A stretch of 32,000 nt of DNA from Saccharolobus solfataricus (GCF_900079115.1 NZ_LT549890.1:720001-752000), one strand, 5' to 3'; counted from the first letter of the stretch, positions 19,031-27,201 are shown. The notes: generated by a model not told the origin, from the letters alone. Translations and numbers: made by a program.

Positions 19031-19130
19031 ATGGCTGTTATTTTCACTTACTGCAAAACTCAAAATCCAGGCAATTACGAATACGTTTTTATTTTAATAG
19101 CCGATTAATGGGACTTCTGAGAGTTAAGAG
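19031..19130 (+). pseudogene. Degenerate ~100-bp copy of the 5' end of the 18052 methyltransferase gene
   Basis: atggctgttattttcacttactgcaaaactcaaaatccaggcaattacgaatacgttttt...atagccgattaatgggacttctgagagttaag aligns with atgattttcacatatggcaagactaagctgaaagtcccggagggttacgaatacgtttatt...atagccgctgaatgggacttcttgaaagttaag at 18052 onward. It contains stops. Confidence 0.5.
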
Positions 19131-19299
19131 CTCTAGCATTTCCAGAAAGTTCTTAGACTAGGATTTAATGGTGAGTCATTAGCTGAAAGCTATTAACTTT
19201 AGTGTCTGCCTTAATTAGGAATACAAGACGGAAAGAGATAAAGGCGAAAGTAAGATGATTAGTAATATGAAGGAAGTAAATTAATATATTAATAACTTA

Positions 19300-19615
19300 C
19301 TTCTTACTTAGTGGGTTTGGGCTTCATTGAATTTTCATGAATTTGTATCTAATTCTCAGCCCTTGGGCTTCACCAGAGTCAAGGGCAGACCCGTTCATAC
19401 CCCTTAGCGGGATAACCCCAACCCACAGCCTTGAGGATGTGGGGAAACCCGCACATCTTGAGGTCTAGTGCGAACCCACACCTAAAAGTCCTACCAACCT
19501 TTCGGGAAACATCTGGGGCAGGACCTAGATGTGAGGTGTGTGTTCACTTCACAATTAAATGTACACGCAAAGTATTTAAACTTCACGGTTTGTCTGAAAC
19601 TGTTGACAACGGCTT
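19300..19615 (-). mobile_element. Internally deleted IS607/IS605-type remnant: left end fused to a tnpB 3' end and right-end region
   Basis: 19553..19615 matches the left end at 16343..16404 at roughly 85% by eye, and diverges exactly where tnpA starts in that copy. The GC-rich 19300..19550 on the reverse strand reads ...VGVIPLRGMNGSALDSGEAQGLR. The PLRGMN segment resembles the PIKGCN terminus of the TnpB at 21974..23356. A hairpin gcccttg-N14-caagggc lies at 19359..19386. Confidence 0.45.
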
Positions 19616-19925
19616 ACCTCTATTTACTATTTAGTTACTTTTTGCTAATCGTCAATGGTGAACTTAGGGGTCGGATTATCATTTAGGTTTCATAATTTAA
19701 CTTCTAGTCCCCATTCTCCCTGTCCTGCCCCACGCCTAGGTTAGGGAGCCAACCACGACATGATAAGCCTTCATTGAACTTATACTCCCCCTCACATTGC
19801 TCATAGAGTTCATTGTAGAACTCTCTTCTACATTGCAATGTGTGACTACGAAATTTATAAACTTCCTTAATAGCGTTGATAACATCGGATCTTATGTTGA
19901 TCTATGAATAAGTTTCAAATAATCT

Positions 19926-19943
19926 AAATTGTTGAACACACTC
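19926..19943. repeat. Solo terminal-repeat-like sequence related to the MITE ends
   Basis: aaattgttgaacacactc, against aaaattgttggacacactc at the end of MITE copy B (26455..26473). The similarity stops after about 20 nt. Confidence 0.4.
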
Positions 19944-19956
19944 ATGAAATCGAGAA

Positions 19957-19967
19957 ACTTTAAATTA
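19957..19967 (+). promoter_or_regulatory. TATA-like box of the secreted-protein gene
   Basis: ACTTTAAATTA is centred about 28 nt upstream of ATG 19990. Confidence 0.4.
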
Positions 19968-19989
19968 ATGTAATTAGTTAGACTTATCT

Positions 19990-20964
19990 ATGAGATTACT
20001 ATTGTTACTATTAATGTTGACAATTACCTTACTTTCATCAGTAAGTTCGTTCACTGCCTCAGTTTCTGTGCAATATCCAAAGGAGGTAATATTAGGTAGT
20101 AAAATTTCCATAAACTTCTCGTTAACTCAGCAGGAGATAAATAGCACCGCCTTCCCTTTCATAACTGCAGGGGTAAGAGAGATAAGCGAAGAACCACTAA
20201 TACTTGAGGGGGCGGGGATAGCAGGATCATTCGCAGTATTTAAAATAAACAACTCCTCACAAGTTGTGGTAATTACGTTTATAGGTAAAGATAATACATC
20301 TCCAGGGTGGAATCCTGGCATAGTAGTTTATGGAGGGAATTTTAATCCTCACGTATCAGATTTATCGCAGGGAGACTTTACCGCAGTCTTAATTACCTTC
20401 ACTGGTAGACTTTGGGTTCACACTCCTTCTAAGGGTTGGTTTACTCTTTCTTGTTCTCTCCCTAGCATAGCTCCTCAAAGGGACGGTTGGATTAACGCTA
20501 CTAAGCCTTTCAATTACACTGCAATCTTGGAAGACGTTAACGGTTCGATTTTTGTTAATTATGTAATCCTTAACGGCGAAAAATACATTGTTGACTATCA
20601 AACTCCTATTCCTTGGAATTTCACTTACGTGGGAGTTAGAATTGACCCCTCTACGGTAACTGTATGCGGTTTTTATGTAACAATTCCTTCTCCTCATCAA
20701 CCTTACGTAGTTTACGTTAACGGCAAGGAATACACTAAGGGGTATACAAATAGCCTGGGTGAAGGTTCAGTTTCACTTACTATATCTTCTCCTTCCATGG
20801 TCGTTAACATAAGTTTCCCTTCAGCCCACGTCTTTCGTGTTATAACAATTTCTGCTCAAAGAGACGCCAATATACACGTTGAATACCCAATCCTTCAGTA
20901 TGCACTTTTAGGTGTTTCTGTAGTTTTGGTTGCTATCTCGATAATTTGGAGGAAGAGACTATAA
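19990..20964 (+). CDS. Secreted, C-terminally membrane-anchored protein rich in N-glycosylation sequons
   Basis: 324 aa with an N-terminal signal-like segment MRLLLLLLMLTITLLSSVSS and a C-terminal TM plus basic tail LLGVSVVLVAISIIWRKRL. I count about ten N-x-S/T sequons (NFS, NST, NNS, NSS, NTS, NAT, NYT, NGS, NFT, NIS). Confidence 0.7.
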   Translation: MRLLLLLLMLTITLLSSVSSFTASVSVQYPKEVILGSKISINFSLTQQEINSTAFPFITAGVREISEEPLILEGAGIAGSFAVFKINNSSQVVVITFIGKDNTSPGWNPGIVVYGGNFNPHVSDLSQGDFTAVLITFTGRLWVHTPSKGWFTLSCSLPSIAPQRDGWINATKPFNYTAILEDVNGSIFVNYVILNGEKYIVDYQTPIPWNFTYVGVRIDPSTVTVCGFYVTIPSPHQPYVVYVNGKEYTKGYTNSLGEGSVSLTISSPSMVVNISFPSAHVFRVITISAQRDANIHVEYPILQYALLGVSVVLVAISIIWRKRL

Positions 20965-20989
20965 CGTTTTCACATAACTTTTGATAACT

Positions 20990-21127
20990 GTGGAGAGGTA
21001 CTTAACACCTAGCGAAGTTGCTGAAATATTCAACTGTTAATTCAGAGAAGTTAAAATCAAGGCTGTGGAGATTAACGGTAGGTGGAAGATTCCATACAGC
21101 GAAGAGGTTGCTAAGCGGAGGTGGTAA
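20990..21127 (+). pseudogene. Small excisionase/MerR-like HTH gene with an in-frame stop
   Basis: GTG 20990 gives (M)ERYLTPSEVAEIFNC*FREVKIKAVEINGRWKIPYSEEVAKRRW*, with TAA at 21038..21040. The pattern LTPxEVAE ... IKAVxINGRWxIP resembles excisionase-family DNA-binding domains. Confidence 0.35.
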
Positions 21128-21912
21128 AATAGTAATTATAACAGTCTTTTTAGTGATCCTATTTTCTTTTTAGGAGTAGAATATTCGATGCGAACATTCC
21201 TTATGTAATGTAGAAATATATGAAAAATTTTTATTAGATAGAATAATTTCTTTATTTCACTCAATAAGTCTTAGGTGTAGAAATAGAATTCTTAAGTTTA
21301 TTGTATAGATCCTAAATTGATGGGGATTAAAAAAGTTCGAGATTCGGTTTTCTGAAGGAAAATGGGCTTGAATATGAGCATTTCAGAACTCTTCAATTTC
21401 AACTAATTCAATGCTCTTAATTCTGTTGATTCCTGCTTAACAATGTAATTACTGGAAGACACAAAATCATCTATAATACGTTACATATGGAAAATTATTT
21501 GCGAATAAATCACTTTTCATAAGGTTTTTATTCATTCAGATGACACAGAATAAAAAACCTAGCTAGGAGTATTAAAATATTTCAAGATAATAGTTATGGG
21601 TCCTTACTTTCACAAGATGGCGATTTCAACAATGTTTAACTAATATAGTAATTAATAATGAATAACTATACTTCTAAGGAAGACAAAAATATTATAAGTT
21701 GATTGTGAGAAGCACAATGTTATTAGCCTATTGAACACGACAACGCTGTAGCTATTATGGACGGAATTGCGGAAATATATTTGAAGATAGTTTATATACA
21801 GTAGGCTGTGTTTAAGATATCTTGGGAGGATTGGTAAAGGCGAGGTATATAGGATCCTAAGTAAAGCACAAGTAAATATTTATCCATCTATATCTGACAA
21901 ATAAACGACAAG

Positions 21913-21935
21913 CCTCGCCCCTTCTAGGGGCGGGG
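21913..21935 (+). other. Left-end subterminal hairpin of the IS200/IS605 element
   Basis: cctcgcccc-ttcta-ggggcgggg: a 9-bp stem with one G-T pair and a 5-nt loop. Confidence 0.6.
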
Positions 21936-21973
21936 TAAAGCTATTTAAACTTTAACAACGACTATTAACTAAG

Positions 21974-23356
21974 ATGCCCTCCTCTGGTCAACTTTATGGG
22001 GATGAGGAGCGGGAGCTAACTCCTACTCCCGCAATACCGGAGGAGGGTGTCTACGAAGTTAAATACTCAAATCGAAGAACCAATGTAGTTCGTCTTCTTC
22101 CAAATGGTTTTCAAGAGAGGAAGTTGAGGAGGTTAGCTAATCTCTCTGCAAAACTCTTCAACGAAGTTAACTTCGAAAGGAGGCAACAATTCTTTCACGA
22201 AGGGAAAGTAAACATTGAGGAAACATATAAAAAATATTATGAGAAGTATAAGGTCATACTGGGCGTTAATGCTCAAGCTGTTCTCAATAAGAATAATGAA
22301 GCGTGGTCATCCTTCTTCTCCTTGTTAAAACTGAAGAAGGAGGGAAAACTACCACCACACATGAACCACGTTTCTCCACCCGGATATTGGAAGGACAGAG
22401 AAGCAGGGAAAAGAAAGCAAATACTAGTTATTAGACAGGACCGTTACAAGGTAGATGCTGAAAACCACAAATTAATCCTCAAGGATTTCGACATGGAGAT
22501 AGACTTCATTGGTAGACTAAAATGGTATGGTAAACAAGGTAGACTAGAAATAATTTTTGACGAAACCAGAAACGCTTGGTATGCGCACATACCAATTGAA
22601 GTAGGTGTTGAGGAAACAAAGGCTGGAAAGAAGAGTAAGCACGTCGTCAAGGGTGAGAGAAAGTCCATCCAGATTTCCAAACCAAAGGGAAACAAAGTAG
22701 CTTCAATCGATCTAGGCATCAACGTAATAGCTAGCGTAGTAGTTAACGATGGCACCTGGTTGTTGTATAAGGGTGTTAGAACAAAGGAGGACTACTTCTA
22801 CTTCCAAAAGAGAATTGCAGAAGTGCAATCGTTAGCTGACAGAACCAGAAACATTGGTGAATATGATGCGTACCTAGAATTGTTGAGGGAAAAGAGGAGG
22901 TTGTTTAAGAAACTAACTAGGAGGCTCACTCATCTATATCGTAACTTAGCTTCCCACCTTATTGAAACACTCTACGAACTAGGAGTGTCAACAATTTATC
23001 TAGGTTACCCATTCAATATCGTGCAAGAAAAAGGCAATAAGTTTACAGTGAACATGTGGTCTTATCGTAAGTTAATGGAATCCATTGAATTGAAAGCACA
23101 AGAATATGGTATGAAGGTGTTTGAGGTTGTTGAGTATAATACGTCCAAGTACTGTGCTTATCATGATGTGGAAGTAAAGAGGAACCCAAGAGGTGTTATC
23201 AACTGTCCTTTAGGTCATAAACTTCACAGCGATTTGAATGGTGCGTTAAACATTCTAAAGAAGGCATTAGGAGTAATCGTTAACGCAGTGAAAAAACCAT
23301 TATCCTTCATTGTGGATCATAACCGAGTAGCACCCATAAAGGGGTGTAACCCTTAA
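21974..23356 (+). CDS. tnpB: TnpB (OrfB) RNA-guided nuclease-like protein of IS200/IS605
   Basis: 460 aa. VASIDLGINVIA is the RuvC-I Asp. A C/H-rich finger follows, CAYHDVEVKRNPRGVINCPLGHKLH, then SDLNGALNILK, the RuvC-III Asp (D-x-N-A-A-x-N type). I could not place the middle acidic residue with confidence. A BRE/TATA box aaagctatttaaac lies about 28 nt upstream of the ATG. Confidence 0.85.
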   Translation: MPSSGQLYGDEERELTPTPAIPEEGVYEVKYSNRRTNVVRLLPNGFQERKLRRLANLSAKLFNEVNFERRQQFFHEGKVNIEETYKKYYEKYKVILGVNAQAVLNKNNEAWSSFFSLLKLKKEGKLPPHMNHVSPPGYWKDREAGKRKQILVIRQDRYKVDAENHKLILKDFDMEIDFIGRLKWYGKQGRLEIIFDETRNAWYAHIPIEVGVEETKAGKKSKHVVKGERKSIQISKPKGNKVASIDLGINVIASVVVNDGTWLLYKGVRTKEDYFYFQKRIAEVQSLADRTRNIGEYDAYLELLREKRRLFKKLTRRLTHLYRNLASHLIETLYELGVSTIYLGYPFNIVQEKGNKFTVNMWSYRKLMESIELKAQEYGMKVFEVVEYNTSKYCAYHDVEVKRNPRGVINCPLGHKLHSDLNGALNILKKALGVIVNAVKKPLSFIVDHNRVAPIKGCNP

Positions 23357-23369
23357 GACCTCGGGGAAC

Positions 23370-23388
23370 CCTCGCCCTTTAGGCGAGG
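23370..23388 (+). other. Right-end subterminal hairpin of the IS200/IS605 element
   Basis: cctcgcc-cttta-ggcgagg: a 7-bp perfect stem, 14 nt after the tnpB stop. It is followed by AG and then by the decayed IS110 copy. Confidence 0.6.
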
Positions 23389-23390
23389 AG

Positions 23391-24483
23391 CTTCCGGTAT
23401 AAAAACTTTTAGCCAAAAATTGAGCATAGTGCACACTACTTATGCAAACAAAAGCCCTCGTCATCACTCGTTAGCATTAAATGGCTTATTATAATACAGC
23501 AAGACCCAAGTAATAACAACCTAATACATGCAACAATCAACTTCTTACCCTTTAACCTACCCTTATGCCCCTCATAAAAACACTTAATCACCGGATTAAC
23601 CTTGATAACAGTCAAAACTGCAAGATAGAAAACCCTCCTCAACCCTCCTTGAGACACCTCAAAATACAACACTCAACAGAATCAAGACCACAATAAGCCA
23701 CAAACTTCCTCTTATCATCAAAACGCCTAACATCACCTACCCTCGCCAAAATTATCAAACCCAGCACCTTCCTAAAGATCAAACTATCCCTAGGAACAAC
23801 ATCCTCAAGCCTCTTCTCAACCTCCCTCTTCCTAGCCTCAAGCCTCTCCAACTCATCCAAAAGAAACTTAACCTCAGACAAGATAATATTATCCCCACCC
23901 TCCAATACTTCACTCAAATTCTTCCTAGACAAGCTATCACTATAACCCAAGAGGATTAAGTCCCCAACCTTTTCTTAACCCTAACAATGACGATAAAATC
24001 CCATTGACTCGTCAACTCCCTAGCATCACTTAACGTAAACTCACATATTAACAACTAGTTCAGCGAGTTTTTTAGCATCATTCTTGTCACTCTTCTTACC
24101 CCTAAAATCCTTGAACTTCTTGATTACCAAGGGATTAATAACCCTCACCTCATACTTGGCAAGGTTAACGTGGTAAACTCCGGTACTCTTAATACCTACT
24201 TTACAACCTCTCGGCATCACTTCTTCAAAACCTTGCTTATCGTTAGGAAACTCGTAGAATTTACCTTGAAAATATACTATTAGTTTATCTTTTGATATAT
24301 TTATCCCTGCAACTGGGGTCTTCATGTATCCTTATGTTTTATTCGGGCTTTTTGTCCAACTTCCAGTCTGAATTTGGAGGTTGGCTAAGCTTTAAGTCGA
24401 GCTTTAAGCTCAAGGATGGACTACACTCCAGTCAGATCTGTATTACTCAGATCTGACCAATATGTTTTATATAAGGAAGTCAG
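23391..24483 (-). mobile_element. Decayed IS110-family element (copy of 28851..30036), ~1.09 kb, transposase broken into three or more fragments
   Basis: ORFs 24041..24325, 23639..23950 and 23436..23672 are colinear with the intact 316-aa transposase at 29011..29961. They lack CLMNE and the TIPGIGKT helix-hairpin-helix and carry frameshifts. The non-coding ends also match: 24330..24483 against 28851..29010, and 23391..23460 against 29965..30034. Confidence 0.85.
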
Positions 24484-24744
24484 CCAGAAAGCTTTCCTAC
24501 AAAGTATAGATACAGTGGAGCAAGTTATGGAATGCAGTTAGCTGCTGCAGTTGAGGGAGGTTTAATGCCAATACTACTAGTCGGTCTACTAGGACTGCCT
24601 TCACAATATTTAGCAAATTCTTGGATAGTTATTACATTCTTAGCATTATGAGGAATAATATCAGCGTTGGCTACATTAGGTTTAAAGGAAACTAAGGGAA
24701 CACAGTTAGCTGAAGAGAAAGCTACTAACAAGGTAATATCATAA
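24484..24744 (+). pseudogene. 3' fragment of an MFS (metabolite:H+ symporter-type) transporter gene
   Basis: The + strand reads PESFPTKYRYSGASYGMQLAAAVEGGLMPILLVGLLGLPSQYLANSWIVITFLAL*GIISALATLGLKETKGTQLAEEKATNKVIS*. The FPTxxRYSG ... GG..P and ETKG motifs are typical of the last helices of MHS-type MFS transporters. There is an in-frame TGA at 24649..24651. The 5' part is missing, cut at the IS110 boundary. Confidence 0.6.
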
Positions 24745-24767
24745 TTTATTAACAACTTTTTTCCTTT

Positions 24768-25128
24768 TTATCTCATTTTTTCTATCTTTAATCTCTCTTC
24801 GACTTTTTTAATTGATTCAAAATCATTATCGTTAGTCACTATTATCATGTCCCTGTTTAGGGCAATAGAAGATAAAATTATATCCACCGCATTAACTGGC
24901 TCTCCTATTTTTCTTAGTTTAACCATTATCTTTTATGGCAAGTTCGTAATCACTTCTTGTGGGATAAATTATTATCAATTTCTCCTTTAGATCTATTATT
25001 GGAGGGTATTCTATCACATTTAGTATGGACGTTGTTACGTAATTAGTCGTAGATAGGAGAGATTTATTCTTATGAATTTTAATTAAGGCGTTCGTATCGT
25101 AGATCTTTTCTTTAATTCTCTCTGAAAT
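24768..25128 (-). pseudogene. vapC: PIN-domain VapC-type toxin, frameshifted and without a canonical start codon
   Basis: The reverse strand reads IKEKIYDTNALIKIHKNKSLLSTTNYVTTSILNVIEYPPIIDLKEKLIIIYPTRSDYELAIK. After a shift near 24925 it continues VKLRKIGEPVNAVDIILSSIALNRDMIIVTNDNDFESIKKVEERLKIEKMR*. YDTN and VTNDNDF are the first and last acidic PIN motifs. Confidence 0.6.
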
Positions 25129-25199
25129 TCGTCCTCACCTTGAGGAGGTTCCACATTTATATCTTTTTCATCTACACCGAGTCGTTTAAGTCTCTCCAT
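25083..25199 (-). CDS. Short ORF upstream of and overlapping vapC; possible truncated antitoxin
   Basis: MERLKRLGVDEKDINVEPPQGEDEFQRELKKRSTIRTP, 38 aa. Only its position, immediately 5' of and overlapping the PIN gene, supports the call. It is much shorter than typical VapB proteins. Confidence 0.25.
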   Translation of the reverse strand: MERLKRLGVDEKDINVEPPQGEDEFQRELKKRSTIRTP

Positions 25200-25222
25200 A
25201 AGTTCATTCCCTGTAGTTATGT

Positions 25223-25897
25223 CTAAGGTGTGGGTTTGAAAAGCCGAGGCCAGTTTAGATCTATTATGCGTGTAATCCTCAAGTCTGCTTCTAAATGCTT
25301 AATTATTTCATCATATTTCTTATTCTCGTATAAGCTCTTTACTTCTTCACCCTTGCCATATGGTTTAGGCACATTCACACCTTTTTCCCTGAGCATCTCT
25401 GCCAAATATTCAAGCTGCAGCCCCTTAAACCGCATGTTATTAAGGGGCAAGGCCATTTGGAGGTAGTCTCTGGTGAAAGTATTGTGCCATAGACTGTTCA
25501 GCTCTTCTAGACTTCCAACCCTGTGTTCTACCCCCTTCTGAATGAGGAGCGGTATGTCGAACCTAAGTATATTGAACCCTACAACCTCGATATACATCTC
25601 TTTACGTCTCCACTTCTCTATCAGCTCTTTTAGATACTTGTAGAATTGGGTAACAACACTATACTCGTCATGCTCCCACTCTTCACTACGCTCGTCACGC
25701 TTCCACTCTTTAAAGTATTTGAACTCCACCTTAGGAAGATCCCATATGTTTGAGGATTCAGGTTTATAATCCGTCTGATCAGCTATCAATCCTATGGCAA
25801 TTACCTTCTCGTTTACAAATGCACTCTTAGGCCTATAGGTCTCTATATCGAGATAGAGCCTCATATCCCCTAGCAATCCCATCCTAATACTATGCAT
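25223..25897 (-). CDS. RNase H-like / DEDD-type 3'-5' exonuclease-fold protein (YprB / PolB-exonuclease-like)
   Basis: 224 aa. RLYLDIET is Exo I (D-x-E). VVGFNILRFDIPLL is the Exo II-like N-x-x-x-F-D. IKHLEADLRITRII is a distal acidic motif. TATA aattttatata (reverse strand, 25901..25911) is only 9 nt from ATG 25897 but about 24 nt from the second ATG (MGLLGD, 25882), which is the more likely leaderless start. Confidence 0.65.
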   Translation of the reverse strand: MHSIRMGLLGDMRLYLDIETYRPKSAFVNEKVIAIGLIADQTDYKPESSNIWDLPKVEFKYFKEWKRDERSEEWEHDEYSVVTQFYKYLKELIEKWRRKEMYIEVVGFNILRFDIPLLIQKGVEHRVGSLEELNSLWHNTFTRDYLQMALPLNNMRFKGLQLEYLAEMLREKGVNVPKPYGKGEEVKSLYENKKYDEIIKHLEADLRITRIIDLNWPRLFKPTP

Positions 25898-25927
25898 CGT
25901 TATATAAAATTTTACCGCTATTCAACC

Positions 25928-26474
25928 GAGTGTGTCCAACTATTTTTGTTTTTAGTAGGGCGGTGAGGTGATAATATAAGAGGATAATATGAGAAGTAAG
26001 TTGGAACGCCTCACCTTGCTTTAAACATTTCCCCTCGTATTAGGGATGAGGTTATAAGAGCGTTATCAGCTTGTTGAAGAGGGTCGAGGCATTATTTCAC
26101 GTAGGCGTACTGTGGAGGAAGTTGGGCGATTACACTTCGCCCCTCACCCTAAGCTGTTGATGAGAATTAGGGTAGTCAATAACTCAGTTTATTGGTTTTG
26201 ATGGATTTAATCACGGTAGTTGCGGTCTGAGACTAGGATTAGACGTTATACTTCTCTTTGATGGATTAAGTTTGAGGAGAATGGTAAAATACTTCACGAC
26301 GTGGTATAATGTACTCTAGCTCTTGTGTAAAGCGTTAGACATTCGGTGAACTTGGTAACAAGTATTCAGAAGTCGTTAAGGCTAAACACTTCCCACACAA
26401 CGCTTTAATAATGAGGTGGATTAAGCTTTCTTCACATTATACAACAAGGTGAATAAAATTGTTGGACACACTCT
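25928..26474 (-). mobile_element. Non-autonomous MITE-like element, copy B (~547 bp), inverted relative to copy A
   Basis: Its reverse complement aligns end to end with 10606..11153. The termini are GAGTGTGTCCAAC and GTTGGACACACTC(T). No ORF of 60 aa or more. It starts about 17 bp from the TATA box of the exonuclease gene. Confidence 0.8.
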
Positions 26475-26619
26475 ATAACTCAGTAGCAAATCTAATAAGT
26501 TTCTGAGTACTATTCATTAACGTGAGAAATTATAATCTGACCTCCTTATATATTACATAGAACATAACGTAAATTAGCCAACAATCTTATTTACTTAGTT
26601 CTGTTTAGAAATTTTTATA

Positions 26620-27201
26620 TTGATTGATCTTTGTGTAGTAAAATGCGATGAAAATGAAGTTAAAAAGAAATCTAAGGAAATAGTTGAAGGTCTTAAGGAA
26701 ATATATGATAATTTTAATGATTCACTCATAAAAGAGATTAGAGTTGAAGAATCAGTATTTGGTATAAGGGGATCTTACAACTATAATTCCAAGATATTAA
26801 CATTATATTGTATTAATTGTGTAATATGTGTTGAAACTATTGTCCACGAAATAATTCATTCAAATAGCTATAAGCGGGCAAGAGATATGTATTTTGAAGG
26901 TTTAACCGAATTTCTTACATTGTATTATCTAAAGAAGAGAGTTAGAGCTTGCTTAGATCATAGATTTATTGATGAAATTTGTCGAATTAATAAAGAATAC
27001 GAAATATATGCTACATTTTGGGGTAATCTAGCTTTGATTATAGGAATAAAAGAATTGTGGAAATATTATTCCAAAGGATATAATCATAATAATATAGATA
27101 ATTTGGTAAAGAACGATATTTACAAAGCTTCTTTTGAGTTAGCAAAGAGATATAATACTAAGTTAATGGATTTAATTGATGTTATAGAGAAATTAGAATA
27201 G
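26620..27201 (+). CDS. HExxH zinc-metallopeptidase-like protein (ImmA/IrrE-like or MA-clan gluzincin-like)
   Basis: 193 aa with a TTG start; the start is uncertain because there is no in-frame ATG near the 5' end. The motif is VETIVHEIIHSNSYKRARDMYFEGLTEF, that is H76-E77-x-x-H80 with E93/E97 12-16 residues later. It is preceded by a strand-like GSYNYNSKILTLY. Confidence 0.55.
   Translation: MIDLCVVKCDENEVKKKSKEIVEGLKEIYDNFNDSLIKEIRVEESVFGIRGSYNYNSKILTLYCINCVICVETIVHEIIHSNSYKRARDMYFEGLTEFLTLYYLKKRVRACLDHRFIDEICRINKEYEIYATFWGNLALIIGIKELWKYYSKGYNHNNIDNLVKNDIYKASFELAKRYNTKLMDLIDVIEKLE

Larger units (their letters stand above)
21905..23390 (+). mobile_element. IS200/IS605-family element of the TnpB-only (IS1341-like) type, ~1.49 kb
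   Basis: A single tnpB ORF with no Y1 tnpA. GC-rich subterminal hairpins sharing the arm CCTCGCC sit at both ends (21913..21935 and 23370..23388). The left boundary is approximate. The right boundary is inferred from the abutting IS110 copy. The size is near the ISC1476-type elements described in Saccharolobus, but the name is unverified. Confidence 0.75.

Noticed and set aside
19431-19634. 67-aa ORF on the + strand (MRMWGNPHILRSSANPHLKV...).
   Set aside because: It lies inside the GC-rich IS607/IS605-type remnant. The sequence there is better explained as a TnpB 3' end, right-end region and left end read on the opposite strand, and it shows no start-codon or promoter context.
24525-24755. 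76-aa ORF on the - strand.
   Set aside because: The + strand of the same region gives a convincing MFS transporter C-terminus, so the minus-strand ORF is a shadow frame.
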